A stretch of DNA of 63,602 nt, filler included, from Octopus bimaculoides (Eukaryota): NCBI RefSeq assembly GCF_001194135.2. It is 6 parts of 5 records of this genome, joined end to end, with 100 filler letters (N's around TTAATTAATTAA, not from the genome) between each part and the next. Parts side by side here need not be neighbours in the genome. Positions count along the whole stretch, not along the records: positions 62,207 to 63,602 come from NC_068984.1; 5 more parts are not named here. One strand, written 5' to 3'. Position 1 is the first letter of the stretch. Each line of letters opens with the position of its first letter. The translations under genes were made by a program, and so were the position numbers. Below are positions 62,321 through 63,602 of the stretch, in pieces. The notes below the pieces were generated by a model, which saw nothing but the letters and a program-made list of their open reading frames with translations, made no database searches and was not told the DNA's origin.

Positions 62321-62706
62321 TGGAGGCGCAATGGCCCAGTGGTTAGGGCAGCTGACTCGCGGTCATAAGATCGCGGTTTCGATTCCCAGACCGGTCGTTT
62401 TGAGTGTTTATTGAGCGAAAACACCTAAAGCTCCACGAGGCACCGGCAGGGGATGGTGGCGAACCCTGCTGTACTCTTTCACCACAACTTTCTCTCACTC
62501 TTACTTCCTGTTTCTGTTGTGCCTGTAATTCAAAGAGTCAGCCTTGTCACACTGTGTCACGCTGAATCTCCCTGAGAACCACATTAAGGATACACGTGTC
62601 TGTGGAGTGCTCATCCACTTGCACGTTAATTTCACGAGCAGGCTGTTCCGTTGATCGGATCAACTGGAACGCTTGACGTCGCAAGCGACGGAGTGCCGAC
62701 AACACC
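62321..62706 (+). mobile_element. SINE family D, apparently full length
   Basis: A-box TGGCCCAGTGG, B-box-like GGTTTCGATTCCC; 3' end GACGGAGTGCC(G)ACAAC shared with 46857. Confidence 0.88.
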
Positions 62707-63602
62707 ATGCTCACACACCACTTGCATTAGATTCCTCACTCATATTACTACAGAATCAGGAGTCTAACTATAGTCCTTCCGTTGCAGTTACATTACCTAC
62801 TAGTTTGAGTCTTCTGGATACCAAAACCTCTCATATATATATATATATATATATAGACACCCATATAAACACACATAGATATGTTGCACATATCGACATA
62901 GTTTTAGAACAAACAAGTTGACAGTGACATCGAAGCTTCGGCTTGCAGCCGTCATCACACTTTTGGTCGTTGATAAATATATATTCTACTAGGAGGTATA
63001 GAGTAATTCTTCAGTTAAATATTAAATTGTTCTGATACACAAAAACAAGCCTTAATATATATCATACTGATAATTATGCGTATGTGTGTGTATGTGATGG
63101 TGTGTATGTGTGTATGCGTTTGTGTATGTGTGTATATATGTACGTGTATGTGTGTGTGTGTGTGTGTCTACATTAATGTCTCAGATACAGTTATTAATAA
63201 GATAATGAGAGGATAACAAGACTGTAAGTTTATGACTATCGTTCTTTTCTTTAGAAATATAAGAGATTTTTCAGTATGAACATCTCAATGATGTTTCGAT
63301 TGGTTTGATCACCGATCAAGAAACCGTATGAAACATTGTACAGATGTAAATATCGAAAATTCTTTCATCTCTAAATGTGAGATTAAATGTCCGAAAAATT
63401 ATAATCGCATTATTTTGGTTGTTGACAGTAAAAGACACGTTAATTTAATTTAGTACTAAGATGTTGGTTGTGGATAATTTAGCGCAGTCTTCATGATTCT
63501 GAATCAATAATAGTATATAGATACTTATGTATGAGTATTTATGTATATATATTTTTTCACACACACTCACGCATATACGTATATATATATATATATATAT
63601 AT

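Noticed and set aside
63285-63320. Minus-strand GATCGGT/ACCAATC-GAAAC hammerhead-like motif
   Set aside because: No CUGANGA core and no valid cleavage triplet.

Overview
AT-rich, microsatellite-dense eukaryotic DNA with many N gaps. The repeat families and the long KRAB-less C2H2 gene point to an octopus/cephalopod draft assembly (inference). Five artificial TTAATTAATTAA linkers embedded in N runs (12906, 24719, 43813, 53150, 62151) suggest stitched segments, so adjacency across them may not be biological. The only clear host gene is a single-coding-exon tandem C2H2 zinc-finger gene (17920-19599, +). The rest is decayed mobile DNA: several tRNA-derived SINE families; Penelope-like, R4/Dong, HERO-like, Tx1/L1, CR1-group and RTE LINE pieces; two Gypsy LTR remnants; Tc1/mariner, hAT and Helitron-like relics; and MITEs. 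The most interesting signals are RNA-level. (1) An intact minimal type-I hammerhead ribozyme sits downstream of a tRNA-Ser-like Pol III head in a SINE-like unit (5541-5850). (2) Further hammerhead-like motifs occur, two of which share a CCGAUGA core variant (26123, 61066). (3) A Gypsy leader carries an extended, four-fold reiterated tRNA-Trp primer-binding sequence (12962-13068). Also noted: a dispersed element carrying TTAGGG-like arrays with an inverted-repeat end, and a perfect 56-bp palindrome. All calls were made by eye; no searches were run.
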